Shown piece by piece: positions 21,377 to 31,106 of a stretch of 64,000 bases of DNA. This DNA is from an uncultured Candidatus Micrarchaeota archaeon. GTDB taxonomy: Archaea; Micrarchaeota; Micrarchaeia; Micrarchaeales; Micrarchaeaceae. Made by a program: the position numbers and the translations under genes. Each line of letters begins with the position of its first letter. The first letter of the stretch is position 1. The notes below the pieces were generated by a model. It searched no databases. It was given only the letters and a program-made list of their open reading frames with translations, and had not been told where the DNA came from. The stretch spans positions 1 to 64,000 of the forward strand of contig CAVUGN010000011.1 in NCBI GenBank assembly GCA_963741095.1. The letters run 5' to 3'.

Positions 21377-21795
21377 GACAAATTGGCGGAGATAGCCTCC
21401 TTGAGCTGCTTCAGGGCCTCCCTCTCACCCATCCTCATTGGCACCCCGAATATCATTACGCTGTCAAGCAATTTCAGCTTCTTGAGGAGCTTGAGGCTGT
21501 AACCCAAATCGAAATCGTGCATCGTGTAGACCTTCTGGGTCTTTATCGCATCTATCTCCTTTATCAAGACGACCTTGTCAATGCCCTCAACGCTGTCTAT
21601 TATCACGAGATCCCTGCCCTCCTTCTCGAGGTTCTCGTTCGGATCGAACTCCTTGAACTCGATGTCCTTGAATTCTTGCCTCAGCCTTCCAATCAATTTC
21701 AGAGGCAGACTGTCCTTTTCGACCATCGGGTTCCCGAAAACTAGCACCTTGCGGTTTTTCAGTTCACCACTCTTGTCCTTGCTGATTTTGGGCAA
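21373..21795 (-). CDS. Hydrogenase maturation protease-like protein
   Basis: VFGN..D, IIDSV, TMHD motifs; near hydrogenase. Confidence 0.7.
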   Translation of the reverse strand: MPKISKDKSGELKNRKVLVFGNPMVEKDSLPLKLIGRLRQEFKDIEFKEFDPNENLEKEGRDLVIIDSVEGIDKVVLIKEIDAIKTQKVYTMHDFDLGYSLKLLKKLKLLDSVMIFGVPMRMGEREALKQLKEAISANLS

Positions 21796-22331
21796 TCCCC
21801 TTTGGCAGCCAGATCGGCTGCCCTTATCTCATTCATTCTGTTGGCGATAGAGTCCGATATCCGCTCAACTGCAAATCCGGAATGGACCGCGACATTGTCG
21901 CCTTCCTTCAAGCCCCTGGCGAAGTCGGTTCTGCATCTTTTTACACCGATTGGCGTACTGACCAACGCGGAATTGGCTTTAATTTCGACAACCTTGCCCG
22001 CATAAGTCTTGCATTCGACAGGGTCGAAATCCTTCCTGATCTTGAACTGCTCATCGACCGCCTTGTTGTGCTCCATCAGGAAATACTGCCTTATCACATC
22101 CGCGTCTATCGTTTTCTTGCCCGATTTCATCGCTATGATCGTGCACATCGCAATTCCGACCTTGAATATGTTCTCCGCGCCCTCTTCAGGAAGCCTATCC
22201 TCGGACACGAGCTTCATGAGGCTGTCGATGCGTTCCTGTGTAGTAATCCTATTGTTGATGAGATCGTTCGAGCAGGGCAGCGCGTACTTCAGGAACAGCA
22301 ACCGGCTATCCTCATCTATCTGCATCCGCAC
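21759..22331 (-). CDS. Hydrogenase-associated protein with C-terminal HypC-like OB domain
   Basis: C-terminal LKEGDNVAVHSGFAVE. Confidence 0.6.
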   Translation of the reverse strand: MRMQIDEDSRLLFLKYALPCSNDLINNRITTQERIDSLMKLVSEDRLPEEGAENIFKVGIAMCTIIAMKSGKKTIDADVIRQYFLMEHNKAVDEQFKIRKDFDPVECKTYAGKVVEIKANSALVSTPIGVKRCRTDFARGLKEGDNVAVHSGFAVERISDSIANRMNEIRAADLAAKGDCPKSARTRVVN

Positions 22332-22519
22332 CCTCCCATCATCTCTTCAGCTTCGTCCTTATCCATCTTCTCTATCGCAATACCTGCTGAAAAGAGCACG
22401 TAATCTCCTTTCTCGACCTTGACGAGCTTTGCGTCGAGCGTCTTCTTTTCCCCGTTGTATTCGATGGTTATGCTGCCCTTGCCAACGCTTGTCACCCTAC
22501 CAACGGTTGCTTGGCACAT
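22316..22519 (-). CDS. hypC: Hydrogenase maturation chaperone HypC
   Basis: MCQATVG N-terminus; GDYVLFSAGIAI. Confidence 0.8.
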   Translation of the reverse strand: MCQATVGRVTSVGKGSITIEYNGEKKTLDAKLVKVEKGDYVLFSAGIAIEKMDKDEAEEMMGGCGCR

Positions 22520-22529
22520 TTTGGCACCA

Positions 22530-23378
22530 TCAATTAGCAGACCTGACCCTGCTTTGTGAGAGCTCGGTTACAACAACTCCGGGTATAATCCTATTCAAGG
22601 CGTTGAGGTCCGCGAAGCCTTTCGACACTATCACGCTGCACTTGAGTTCGTCCACCGCTATTTTTATGTCCTTTTTGACCTCATTTATGTTTTTGTAATA
22701 CTGTATGATGTACGTGTTCTTCAGATCTAGATTGTATTTTTTTGCCAGCGCGTTGTAATCGCTTACGGTCTCGTTGGTCACGAAGACAAAGTGCTTCTCG
22801 TCGTGCTCTGCGTGGGCCGGTTTGGCCTCCTTCTCCTCCCCATCGTCTTTCAACGCCACAACTGGCTTTACGGATATCCTTCTATCCTTCAGTCTTTCCC
22901 CGAATTCCGGATCCTCCTTTTTTAGAATTTCAATGATATCCTCTATCATCTTGACCTGCGCCCTGGGGTTTTCGACCTCTTCCAGCTCCTTCCTGTCCTT
23001 CGCTTTCCTAGCTATCCCTATGAGCTTCAGGAAGCCTTCGCCATAAGCCTTCAAAAGCCTCGCATCGCCATGCTCGTCATGAAACATCGAGAAAAGTATG
23101 TTCATCCCTCCGCACTTCTTGCCGTGACCAAGGGACACTACCAATTCGATGTTAGGATTCTCTACAAGCATCTGCTTCAGACCGCCTTCAAACCGCTCGA
23201 CGTCCCCGCCGGCGTTGCCGATCACCATAACTTCGCCGCTGTCATATTTTTCGAGCAATTTCTTCATGTCCTTATTCTGCCACATCTCTTCGTTCAGCCT
23301 CCGGTCCATGCACCTTATAACCACTACTTTTATCTTTGATGATGACCTCTCTTCCATTGCCATTAAATCACCAGACAA
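22530..23378 (-). CDS. Beta-carbonic-anhydrase-like protein (divergent)
   Basis: CMDRR, GNAGG and H-x3-CGG zinc-ligand-like motifs. Confidence 0.45.
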   Translation of the reverse strand: MSGDLMAMEERSSSKIKVVVIRCMDRRLNEEMWQNKDMKKLLEKYDSGEVMVIGNAGGDVERFEGGLKQMLVENPNIELVVSLGHGKKCGGMNILFSMFHDEHGDARLLKAYGEGFLKLIGIARKAKDRKELEEVENPRAQVKMIEDIIEILKKEDPEFGERLKDRRISVKPVVALKDDGEEKEAKPAHAEHDEKHFVFVTNETVSDYNALAKKYNLDLKNTYIIQYYKNINEVKKDIKIAVDELKCSVIVSKGFADLNALNRIIPGVVVTELSQSRVRSAN

Positions 23379-23476
23379 CTATTGGGAATTTAATTATTTA
23401 TGCGTTGCCATCGTGCAATCATGTCAAAAAAGCGCCGAATAACAAAGAACCTCCAAAATGAGCGGGTATTTAAGCA

Positions 23477-23713
23477 GTGGCGGAACATTATTATAAAAAG
23501 GTGGAAAACATGGAGAATTGGAGAAAAAACATCCTGGCACATCATTTGGATACGGCGCTCATACTGCTTGAGTTAGTTCTGAGCGTGATATTCATTTCAC
23601 TGGGATACGCCATAGGAAACATGTACTTCAGGGGAGTTGGGGTTGGATTGATAATCGCTTGGGTGACGAGCGCAATAGCCTACCTATACAAAAAGAAAAT
23701 GATAAAATCATGA
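23477..23713 (+). CDS. Small two-TM membrane protein
   Basis: Two hydrophobic helices. Confidence 0.55.
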   Translation: MAEHYYKKVENMENWRKNILAHHLDTALILLELVLSVIFISLGYAIGNMYFRGVGVGLIIAWVTSAIAYLYKKKMIKS

Positions 23714-23798
23714 GCAACGAGGCGCGTATGGCATCGCATTTCCGTCTAAAGGCAGGAATTTCTCTGACATCGACACGGCGAACATCTGGCCAAGGCGC

Positions 23799-24422
23799 TT
23801 ACTGAAGATGGGCGTAATCGTTGAAGGTGACCAGCTTTATGAAGCCGGTCTCATCCATCATCAATTCGGTGATTCCGGTGTTCATAGTCCTGAAAAACCT
23901 TGTGGTTTTGCGAAGCTCGCCAATAGTAACCTCCTCTCCAAATAGGCATACCCCCAACAGCACGCCGATGAACGCGCCGTGCGTTACGACCAACATCGAT
24001 TCTTCCTTTCTTGATCTCATGTAAGTCAAAAACTTCTTCGCCCTTCCCATCACCTCAGATACGTTTTCCGCATCGGAATAGTGCCACTCGGTGTTATTGG
24101 CGTTCTTGTAAATAGTGTCCCACATCTCTGATCTTTTTTTACTGCTCAATTTTATTCCAAACGTTTTCGAAGGCAATCTCCATTCCCCGATCAACTCCTT
24201 GTAGACAATCCGTTTCCCGATGACCCTGTTCATTATCCTGGCGGTCTGCATGGCGCGTTTGTACCTGCTGCAAAACACCACATCGATATCCATTCCTTCG
24301 AATCTTTTGGCTATGGTCTCGGCCTGTTTAATGCCATTGTCTGAGAGCTCTACTTCCTTGCCGCCATTGGCATTTATGACATTTGCTTTGCTCTCCGCAT
24401 GCCTTACAAGGAAAATTCTCAT
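23799..24422 (-). CDS. Histidine phosphatase (phosphoglycerate mutase family)
   Basis: LVRHAES, VVTHG, FNDYAHL. Confidence 0.88.
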   Translation of the reverse strand: MRIFLVRHAESKANVINANGGKEVELSDNGIKQAETIAKRFEGMDIDVVFCSRYKRAMQTARIMNRVIGKRIVYKELIGEWRLPSKTFGIKLSSKKRSEMWDTIYKNANNTEWHYSDAENVSEVMGRAKKFLTYMRSRKEESMLVVTHGAFIGVLLGVCLFGEEVTIGELRKTTRFFRTMNTGITELMMDETGFIKLVTFNDYAHLQ

Positions 24423-25375
24423 GGGGTAACACCCATTTTGACGTATTCGGAGAAGTCATGCGCATCGTAGCCTTTTTTGCAGAGGTTCTGGACGAACCTT
24501 TCGCAGTTGCTGCCGTACGCAAACACCCTCTTCGCCTTTGCCGCCTCTATGTAATCGACGCTCTGTGAGAAGTCCGCATGGTCGCTTAGCCCGAACTGCG
24601 CGTCGGTCCTGAACCTGAACACGTTCGCAAAGCCGGTCGCGACCGCCGTGAACACGGTCTTGTTGTGCGCCACGGACAGCTCGTGCGCCAGGACATCTAC
24701 GTCCCGCCGCTCCGTTATGCCCACGAAATCCCCGTTCATCATCTCCTTGAAATCGCCATCCGCTCCGAAAGCCGGCGCATAGTCGAGCTCGACCCCGTTC
24801 TTCTGGTAGACTCCATTCACCCCGTGTATCTTCCTGCTCACAAGCGGCTTGATACCCGCATCGTTCAAGAGCGCGATCAGCTCCTGCGACTTCCCCATAG
24901 CGTAGGCACTGAACAGCACAATACCGTGCTTCAACTTTTCTCCGGTCCAATCCTGCATCTGTGCTCCAACCTCATACTTGTCCTGGAACACCACGCCCGG
25001 ATCCGGATAAACCGAGGTCATTATCACGCAGTCGGCTTCGACGACCTCTATGGGCTTCGTCGTCTTGGACTTCTGCATCTGGAAATCTCCCGTGTAGACC
25101 ACCCTCTCGTTCGTATCGGCAAGGTCCATGCACAGCTGCTTGGCGCCCAGCATGTGGCCCGATTCCAACAATCTCATGTCCGTGTTCTCCGTCACGCTTC
25201 CTATGTCCAGGTTGTAAACCTGCTTCATCAGCTGTACGGTCTGGTCGCTGGCGAGCACGTGCTTCGAAGATTTTGCGGCGGAGGTGTGGTCGCTGTGCGC
25301 GTGCGATATAAAGTCAATGTCCGATCCGCGCTCGCGCTTGTCAAGCGATACTTTGAGGCCGTTAACTGAGAGCAT
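24419..25375 (-). CDS. Metallo-beta-lactamase/beta-CASP-type nuclease
   Basis: SHAHSDH, GHMLG, YTGDF, LSDHADF. Confidence 0.82.
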   Translation of the reverse strand: MLSVNGLKVSLDKRERGSDIDFISHAHSDHTSAAKSSKHVLASDQTVQLMKQVYNLDIGSVTENTDMRLLESGHMLGAKQLCMDLADTNERVVYTGDFQMQKSKTTKPIEVVEADCVIMTSVYPDPGVVFQDKYEVGAQMQDWTGEKLKHGIVLFSAYAMGKSQELIALLNDAGIKPLVSRKIHGVNGVYQKNGVELDYAPAFGADGDFKEMMNGDFVGITERRDVDVLAHELSVAHNKTVFTAVATGFANVFRFRTDAQFGLSDHADFSQSVDYIEAAKAKRVFAYGSNCERFVQNLCKKGYDAHDFSEYVKMGVTP

Positions 25376-25424
25376 CGGGTCGCCGGCAGATATCCTCTGG
25401 CAAAATATTAATTACTTGCCCAAG

Positions 25425-26495
25425 TCAGAAGATAGTTCTCTGTCCCTTCCGCAGCTCCAGGGCGTAGACCCTCACTCCGACCTTCCTGACGGGTTTCTCC
25501 TTTACCAGCGTTTTCAGCAGCTCCTGCGATATGCCGTAGGCCAAGTCGAACGAATCGGAATAGTTGCTCAGGCTCTTGTTCTTTATCCGCTCGGTCAGGT
25601 CCGCATACCTCACCTTTACCGAGACGCCCTTGAACCACATCTGCTGCTTTTTCACCTCCTCTACCGTCTCTTTTGTCAATTTTTCCAGGGCTTCCGTTAT
25701 CCGGCCGATCTCGTTCGTGTAGCGGTCTAGGGTTATCTCCCTGCCTATGGACAGAACGTCGTACCTGTCCTCTATCCTGCTCTCATCGATGCCGTTCGCC
25801 AGCAGGAAGAGCTCCTTCCCGAAGGATCCGAATGCGTCTATGAGCACGTTCGGGTCGACTTTCGACAACTCGCCTATCGTTCTTATCTTCATGCTCTCGA
25901 GCTTCTCGGCGGTCTTCCTGCCGACCCCCAGCAGCGCGCCAACCTTCCTGTCCTTCAGGAAATCCTTCAGGTCCTCTTTCTTCAGCACGCCTATGCCGTT
26001 CGGCTTCGCGGTGTCGCAGACCATCTTCGCGTAGACCTTGCCGATGCTTATGCCCAAGGTGCAGGGCAGGCCCAGGCTGCTGTTGATCTTCTCCTTCACG
26101 GCCCTGGCCAGCTCCTCCGCCTTCTCGTAGTCGATCTCCCCGATGTCGAGCGCGGCCTCGTCTATGCTTATCACCTCCGTCCTGAAGCCGTAGTCCTTAA
26201 GCGTTTTCATAACCTTCTCCGAGATCTCCATGTAGTAACGATCGTCCGATTCGAGATACACGAGGTTCGGCACCAGCTTCCTCGCCTGCGAGTAGGGCAG
26301 CGCGCTGTGGATCCCGAGCTTCCTGGTTTCGTAGTTGCAGGTCTCTACGACGCCGCGGTCCTTGCTCTTCACGGGAGCGCTGCCGACCACGAAGGGCTTG
26401 CCCTTCAATTCGGGGTGCCTCAGCTCCTCGCAGGCTGCGAAGAAGTAGTCCATGTCTATGAAAAGAACCAGCGGCAAAGCATCACCCAGAGCCAT
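25425..26495 (-). CDS. dinB: Y-family DNA polymerase IV (Dpo4/DinB)
   Basis: FIDMDYFFA, TCNYETR, ISIDEA motifs; start placed at MALGDA. Confidence 0.93.
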   Translation of the reverse strand: MALGDALPLVLFIDMDYFFAACEELRHPELKGKPFVVGSAPVKSKDRGVVETCNYETRKLGIHSALPYSQARKLVPNLVYLESDDRYYMEISEKVMKTLKDYGFRTEVISIDEAALDIGEIDYEKAEELARAVKEKINSSLGLPCTLGISIGKVYAKMVCDTAKPNGIGVLKKEDLKDFLKDRKVGALLGVGRKTAEKLESMKIRTIGELSKVDPNVLIDAFGSFGKELFLLANGIDESRIEDRYDVLSIGREITLDRYTNEIGRITEALEKLTKETVEEVKKQQMWFKGVSVKVRYADLTERIKNKSLSNYSDSFDLAYGISQELLKTLVKEKPVRKVGVRVYALELRKGQRTIF

Positions 26496-26559
26496 AGTCC
26501 ATCGTCTTACGCGGACAAAAACTATAAATATCATATAAAACAGAAGGGAAAGCGGTAAC

Positions 26560-27174
26560 ATGAGTGTAACCAAGCAAAACCATCAAGGCGACTTCACCGC
26601 CCTGACGCGCGCTTGCGATAATTTCAACAAACAGGTGGAATTCTCTCTCCGCGAGCTGGCGAGCTCAATAACCCGGCTGGTCAAAACCACCCGCGAGGAT
26701 CAAAATTCATCAAAAATAATAGAAAAGCAGGCGCGCCAGCTCACCGCAAGGGCCTGCGAAGACGTCAAAAGGATTCGAGACATAATAACCGAAGAGATGA
26801 TCGCGCTCCACCCATTCAATGCGTGCTCGACACCCGAGTCAAGGGTCCTGCTTTTGATAAAAGAGAAAGGGTTTTCGCCGCCAAACGGGGTTGCGAATCT
26901 GGACAAACCAGAGCAAAACCTGTTTCTCGAAGAGGCGAGGGTGATGATCGAAAGCGACAAGCTGTCGACCCTCATGAACGCAGGCAAGTTAAACTTCGAG
27001 GAGGTATTCAACACATTCAACAGGTTTAATCTGGTGTACAAATACTTCAGCGGAGCGAACTATCCCGGAGCATGGATCATAGAACTGACCCCATTAGGCA
27101 GGAAGCTGACCGAGGCAATCCAGAAGCAAAGAAGCGGACCCGCCGGGCCGACCAACATAATCCCGAGGAATTAG
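26560..27174 (+). CDS. Hypothetical protein (possible C-terminal winged helix)
   Basis: 204-aa ORF; C-terminal ELTPLG. Confidence 0.5.
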   Translation: MSVTKQNHQGDFTALTRACDNFNKQVEFSLRELASSITRLVKTTREDQNSSKIIEKQARQLTARACEDVKRIRDIITEEMIALHPFNACSTPESRVLLLIKEKGFSPPNGVANLDKPEQNLFLEEARVMIESDKLSTLMNAGKLNFEEVFNTFNRFNLVYKYFSGANYPGAWIIELTPLGRKLTEAIQKQRSGPAGPTNIIPRN

Positions 27175-27302
27175 CGGCCTGATTTTAATCCCCGATTGCC
27201 GCCTAATTCAGCAAGGAATAAAAGCCTGCGCACTTAACCTGTATTGGATAATTACGCCAGCAAGCCACGGGGCTTATCGAGGTTTTCCAAACGGGTGTCT
27301 GA

Positions 27303-28277
27303 TTGGCTGACAACATCATCGAGGTCAAGGGCCTTAGGAAGGTCTACAAGCAGAGCGTGGTTGCCGTAGCAGACGTATCCTTCGAAGTGCGGCAGAACGA
27401 AATCTTCGGGCTTCTCGGCCCCAACGGCGCCGGAAAGTCCACGGTCATGAAAATTCTTACAACGCTCATAGGCTCGACAAAGGGCGATGTCTCGATAAAC
27501 GGGCTGAGTAGGACCGCGCAGGACGGAAAGATACGGGGAATAATAGGGTACGTGCCCCAGGACATCTCCGCGGACAGCACGCTCACCGGGTACGAGAACG
27601 TGCTTCTATCGGCAAAGCTGCATTACCTGAGGGGGGAGGCGGTCGGCAAGCAGATAAACGAGGTGCTCAAGGAACTGGGGCTGTTCGACGCGAAGGACAG
27701 GCTCACGAACACCTACTCCGGGGGCATGATACGCAAATTGGAGATGGCACAGGCGATGGTCCACACCCCGAGCATAATGTTCCTCGACGAGCCGTCGGTC
27801 GGCCTTGACCCCTACGCCCGGAAGGCCATATGGGACTACATCAAGAAATGGAAGAAGTCGCTGAACATCACCATAGTGCTCTCCACACACTACATGGAAG
27901 AGGCGGACGCCCTGTGCGACCGCATCGCGATAATGAGCAAGGGAAAGATAATGGCGCTGGGCACGCCGGAAGAGCTCAAGAGGTCCGTTGGAAAGTCGAT
28001 GGTCATCCTTGAAGTGGGCGGCAACAAGAAGGTCAGGATCCCCGGCGCGAAGTTCATTGGCAACCGCATATCCATACCTTCCGATGAGCCGGACGAGGAC
28101 CTGCCCAGATACATAAACATGCTTTACAAGAAAGGCGTCATCGTGAAATCTGCAATGGTGAAGAGCCCCACCCTTGACGACGTCTTCATCAAGTACACGG
28201 GCAAGAGCATGCAGGAGAAGGGCGGCGAATGGGGCGCTACAACCAAAGCGAGAAGGGTGGCAAGGCGAGTGGGATGA
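27303..28277 (+). CDS. ABC-2 (DrrA-like) transporter ATP-binding protein
   Basis: GPNGAGKS, YSGGM, FLDEP, THYMEEA. Confidence 0.93.
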   Translation: MADNIIEVKGLRKVYKQSVVAVADVSFEVRQNEIFGLLGPNGAGKSTVMKILTTLIGSTKGDVSINGLSRTAQDGKIRGIIGYVPQDISADSTLTGYENVLLSAKLHYLRGEAVGKQINEVLKELGLFDAKDRLTNTYSGGMIRKLEMAQAMVHTPSIMFLDEPSVGLDPYARKAIWDYIKKWKKSLNITIVLSTHYMEEADALCDRIAIMSKGKIMALGTPEELKRSVGKSMVILEVGGNKKVRIPGAKFIGNRISIPSDEPDEDLPRYINMLYKKGVIVKSAMVKSPTLDDVFIKYTGKSMQEKGGEWGATTKARRVARRVG

Positions 28278-29044
28278 AACCGTACGAGAGCCTGTACAAA
28301 CTGTCGGCGATCATAGAGATAGAGGTAAGGAAGCTGAGTCACGACAAGACCGAGGTGCTCACAAGGACGGTCCAGCCCATCCTCTGGCTCCTGATATTCG
28401 GCGAGGTGTTCAGCGTGAACAAGCTGATACCGACCGGGCCATACAACTACCTGCAGTTCGTGGCTCCAGGAATACTGGGGCAGTCCGTGCTCTTCACATC
28501 CATATTCTTCGGCATAACCATGGTGTGGGACCGCGAATCAGGGACCCTGTCCAAGATACTCGTTTCGCCGGTATCGCGCGTCTCCATCATGCTCGGGAAG
28601 GCGCTCTCATCAGGGGTGCGTGCCATAATGCAGGCCGTGCTCCTTCTGGTGGTGTGCCTGCTGCTCGGGATAACCTTCTACCCGCACCTGCTGTATACGC
28701 TTGCGATCTTCCCTGTGCTAGTGCTTATGGCTGCGCTGTTCTCCAGCATCTCGATGGTGATAGCCAGCCAGTTCAAGACAAGGGAGCGGGTCATGGGGTT
28801 GGGCCAGCTGATAACGATGCCTCTATTCTTCACCAGCGACGCGCTGTACCCGATAAGCATAATGCCCAAGTGGCTTCAGGTCATATCCTACTTCAATCCA
28901 TTGACCTACGGAGTGAACTTGCTGAGGGCCCTCCTGCTCACCGGCAACCTGGCCGGCGCATGGCTGGACATCGGCGTCCTGCTGGCCTACCTGGCCGTGT
29001 TCACGCTGATAGGCGCGAAGCTGCTGAACAAGATAATGGAATGA
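28274..29044 (+). CDS. ABC-2 transporter permease
   Basis: 6 TM; DRESG, NPLTY. Confidence 0.9.
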   Translation: MKPYESLYKLSAIIEIEVRKLSHDKTEVLTRTVQPILWLLIFGEVFSVNKLIPTGPYNYLQFVAPGILGQSVLFTSIFFGITMVWDRESGTLSKILVSPVSRVSIMLGKALSSGVRAIMQAVLLLVVCLLLGITFYPHLLYTLAIFPVLVLMAALFSSISMVIASQFKTRERVMGLGQLITMPLFFTSDALYPISIMPKWLQVISYFNPLTYGVNLLRALLLTGNLAGAWLDIGVLLAYLAVFTLIGAKLLNKIME

Positions 29045-29881
29045 TTGATCCGCATGCGCGCCCCCAAATTCGCAGGCAGTTTCTACCCTTCGAGCAAGGA
29101 ACAGCTCTCGAAGCTGGTCAACGAGTATGTCAATTCTGCGGAAGTGAACTCCAAAACCGTAAACGAGGCGCTTTCCTACGTTGCCCCCCATGCTGGCTAC
29201 ATCTATTCTGGCAGCACGGCCGGATACACCTACAAAGCCCTGTCGCTGAACAAGCGCCTCAAGGATATGGACACGATAGTGGTGATCGGCCCAAACCACA
29301 CGGGCATGGGCCAGGCGATATCGGTATCGCTCGAAGACTGGAAGACCCCTCTGGGCGTCTCGGAGAACGACAAGGAGCTGTCAAAGGCGATATGTGGCTT
29401 CTCCGATTACGTGAGCATGGACGAGGACGCGCACTCAGAGGAGCATTCAATCGAGGTCCAGCTCCCCTTCCTCCAGACCGTGGCGCCCGGAAAGAGGCTG
29501 TGCATGATATGCATGGGCGACCAGAGCCTCGAATCCGCCAAGATGCTGTCAAGCGCGATATTCAAAGCAGCAGAGCAGTTGAAAAGGAACATAGCGATAG
29601 TGGCAAGCTCCGACTTCGACCACTACGAGCAGAGCGACGTCGCGCGCGAGAAGGATGTGCAGCTGCACGACGCGATGAAGGGCCTCGACAGCGACAAGTT
29701 CAACAGCCTGTTGCACTCGCTTGACGATTCCGCCTGCGGGCACGGCCCGATAACCGTAGCGATGATGTTCGCAAAGGAAAAGGGCGCAAGCAAGGGGACG
29801 ATACTGAAGTACATCAATTCGGGAGACAAGACAGGGGATTATTCCAGCGTTGTCGCCTACACGTCCGCGATCTTCGCCTGA
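29045..29881 (+). CDS. MEMO1/AmmeMemo family protein
   Basis: AGSFYP, PHAGYIYSG, EHSIEVQLPF, SSDFDHY. Confidence 0.92.
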   Translation: MIRMRAPKFAGSFYPSSKEQLSKLVNEYVNSAEVNSKTVNEALSYVAPHAGYIYSGSTAGYTYKALSLNKRLKDMDTIVVIGPNHTGMGQAISVSLEDWKTPLGVSENDKELSKAICGFSDYVSMDEDAHSEEHSIEVQLPFLQTVAPGKRLCMICMGDQSLESAKMLSSAIFKAAEQLKRNIAIVASSDFDHYEQSDVAREKDVQLHDAMKGLDSDKFNSLLHSLDDSACGHGPITVAMMFAKEKGASKGTILKYINSGDKTGDYSSVVAYTSAIFA

Positions 29882-31102
29882 TTAGAGGATTGTGCCTATG
29901 CCCGCGAACTTATTGTTGTTGTAGAGAATGAACCTGCCGAGCTCATGGGTCTTGTCGTAGCTCTCGAACGATACCTTCCTGTCAAGTTCGACTTCCGCTT
30001 CCATCGCGTCGAGCATCTTGACCCTGTTGTCGCTCTTCCTCTCGCCGGTGGTGGTGTCGATGCTCTCCAGCACCTTGAGGGATTTGCAGCCTATGTCTAT
30101 GTCGTTGAATTTTATCCTCAGGTTCTCCCTTCCTGGGTGCGTTACAAATATCAGCGCCTTGATCTTATTGCCGACCTTCGGTGCGCTCTCCTTGCCTGCT
30201 AAGACGGAACCCCTTATCTCCGACTTGATCGGATCTCCCAGCTCAAAAGCCACGCTCGTTCCGGTCTTCGCGATCTTCACGCTCTTTCCTTTCGTGACTA
30301 TCCTCTTTATCTTGCTCTCAAAGCCCGAAGGATAGACGCGCACCGCGTCCCCCACTTTCATTACCCCGCTGACTATCTTCCCCGCCACTACCTTGTTCTC
30401 GCCGTCAAGGAATCCCTGCAGCACGACCCGAAGATCCTTGCCTGCCTTGGTGTCTCCCAATTTTGCGTTTATGTAAAGCAGGTCTATCAGCGGCTTGCCG
30501 CTGTACCACTTCATCTTGTCGCTCTTCGTTATCAGATTGTCCTTCATGTAAGCAGAGATCGGGACGAAGTATATCTTGTCCTTGGAGAAGCCTATTTTCT
30601 GTATGAATTTTGCAAGCGTTCCTTCAATCTCTTCAAACTTCTTCTGGTCGTAGTTGACCAGGTCCATCTTGTTCACGGCAACGACCAGTCTGTGTATGCC
30701 CAGCATGCGTGCCACGAAGAGGTGTCTCTTCGTCTGCTCCCTTATGCCTTCATCGGCCTTGGCAGATACGATCAGCACTGCGATGTCCGCCTGCGAGGCT
30801 CCGCTGATCATGTTCTTTATCAGCTCCTCGTGGCCCGGCACGTCGATGAACTCGAAGGCGAGCTCATTGTACGGAATCTTTTCCGTTCGCGTGGTGTCTA
30901 TTGTCAGTCCTCCCTCACGTTCCTCGTGGAAGCTGTCAAGAATGTAGCCTGGCTCGAACCTTGTCCCTATCTGCGCGCTCGTCCGCTCCGCTTCCTGCAA
31001 CTTCGCGGGATTGATGCGGTTCGTGAGTATAAGCATGTTGCCTATCAGCGTCGACTTGCCGTGGTCCTTGTGTCCTAGCAGCGTGATTCTTTTTACCAGC
31101 AT
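29882..31102 (-). CDS. cysN: Sulfate adenylyltransferase GTPase subunit
   Basis: GHKDHGKSTL, DVPGH, NKMD; adjacent to cysD. Confidence 0.82.
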   Translation of the reverse strand: MLVKRITLLGHKDHGKSTLIGNMLILTNRINPAKLQEAERTSAQIGTRFEPGYILDSFHEEREGGLTIDTTRTEKIPYNELAFEFIDVPGHEELIKNMISGASQADIAVLIVSAKADEGIREQTKRHLFVARMLGIHRLVVAVNKMDLVNYDQKKFEEIEGTLAKFIQKIGFSKDKIYFVPISAYMKDNLITKSDKMKWYSGKPLIDLLYINAKLGDTKAGKDLRVVLQGFLDGENKVVAGKIVSGVMKVGDAVRVYPSGFESKIKRIVTKGKSVKIAKTGTSVAFELGDPIKSEIRGSVLAGKESAPKVGNKIKALIFVTHPGRENLRIKFNDIDIGCKSLKVLESIDTTTGERKSDNRVKMLDAMEAEVELDRKVSFESYDKTHELGRFILYNNNKFAGIGTIL

Positions 31103-31106
31103 GATA

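Noticed and set aside
27175-27302. Possible riboswitch upstream of the ABC transporter
   Set aside because: No recognisable family consensus by eye
28174-29724. 516-aa ORF overlapping permease and MEMO genes; similarly 12958-13932 and 61075-62217
   Set aside because: Off-frame or antisense shadows of well-supported genes
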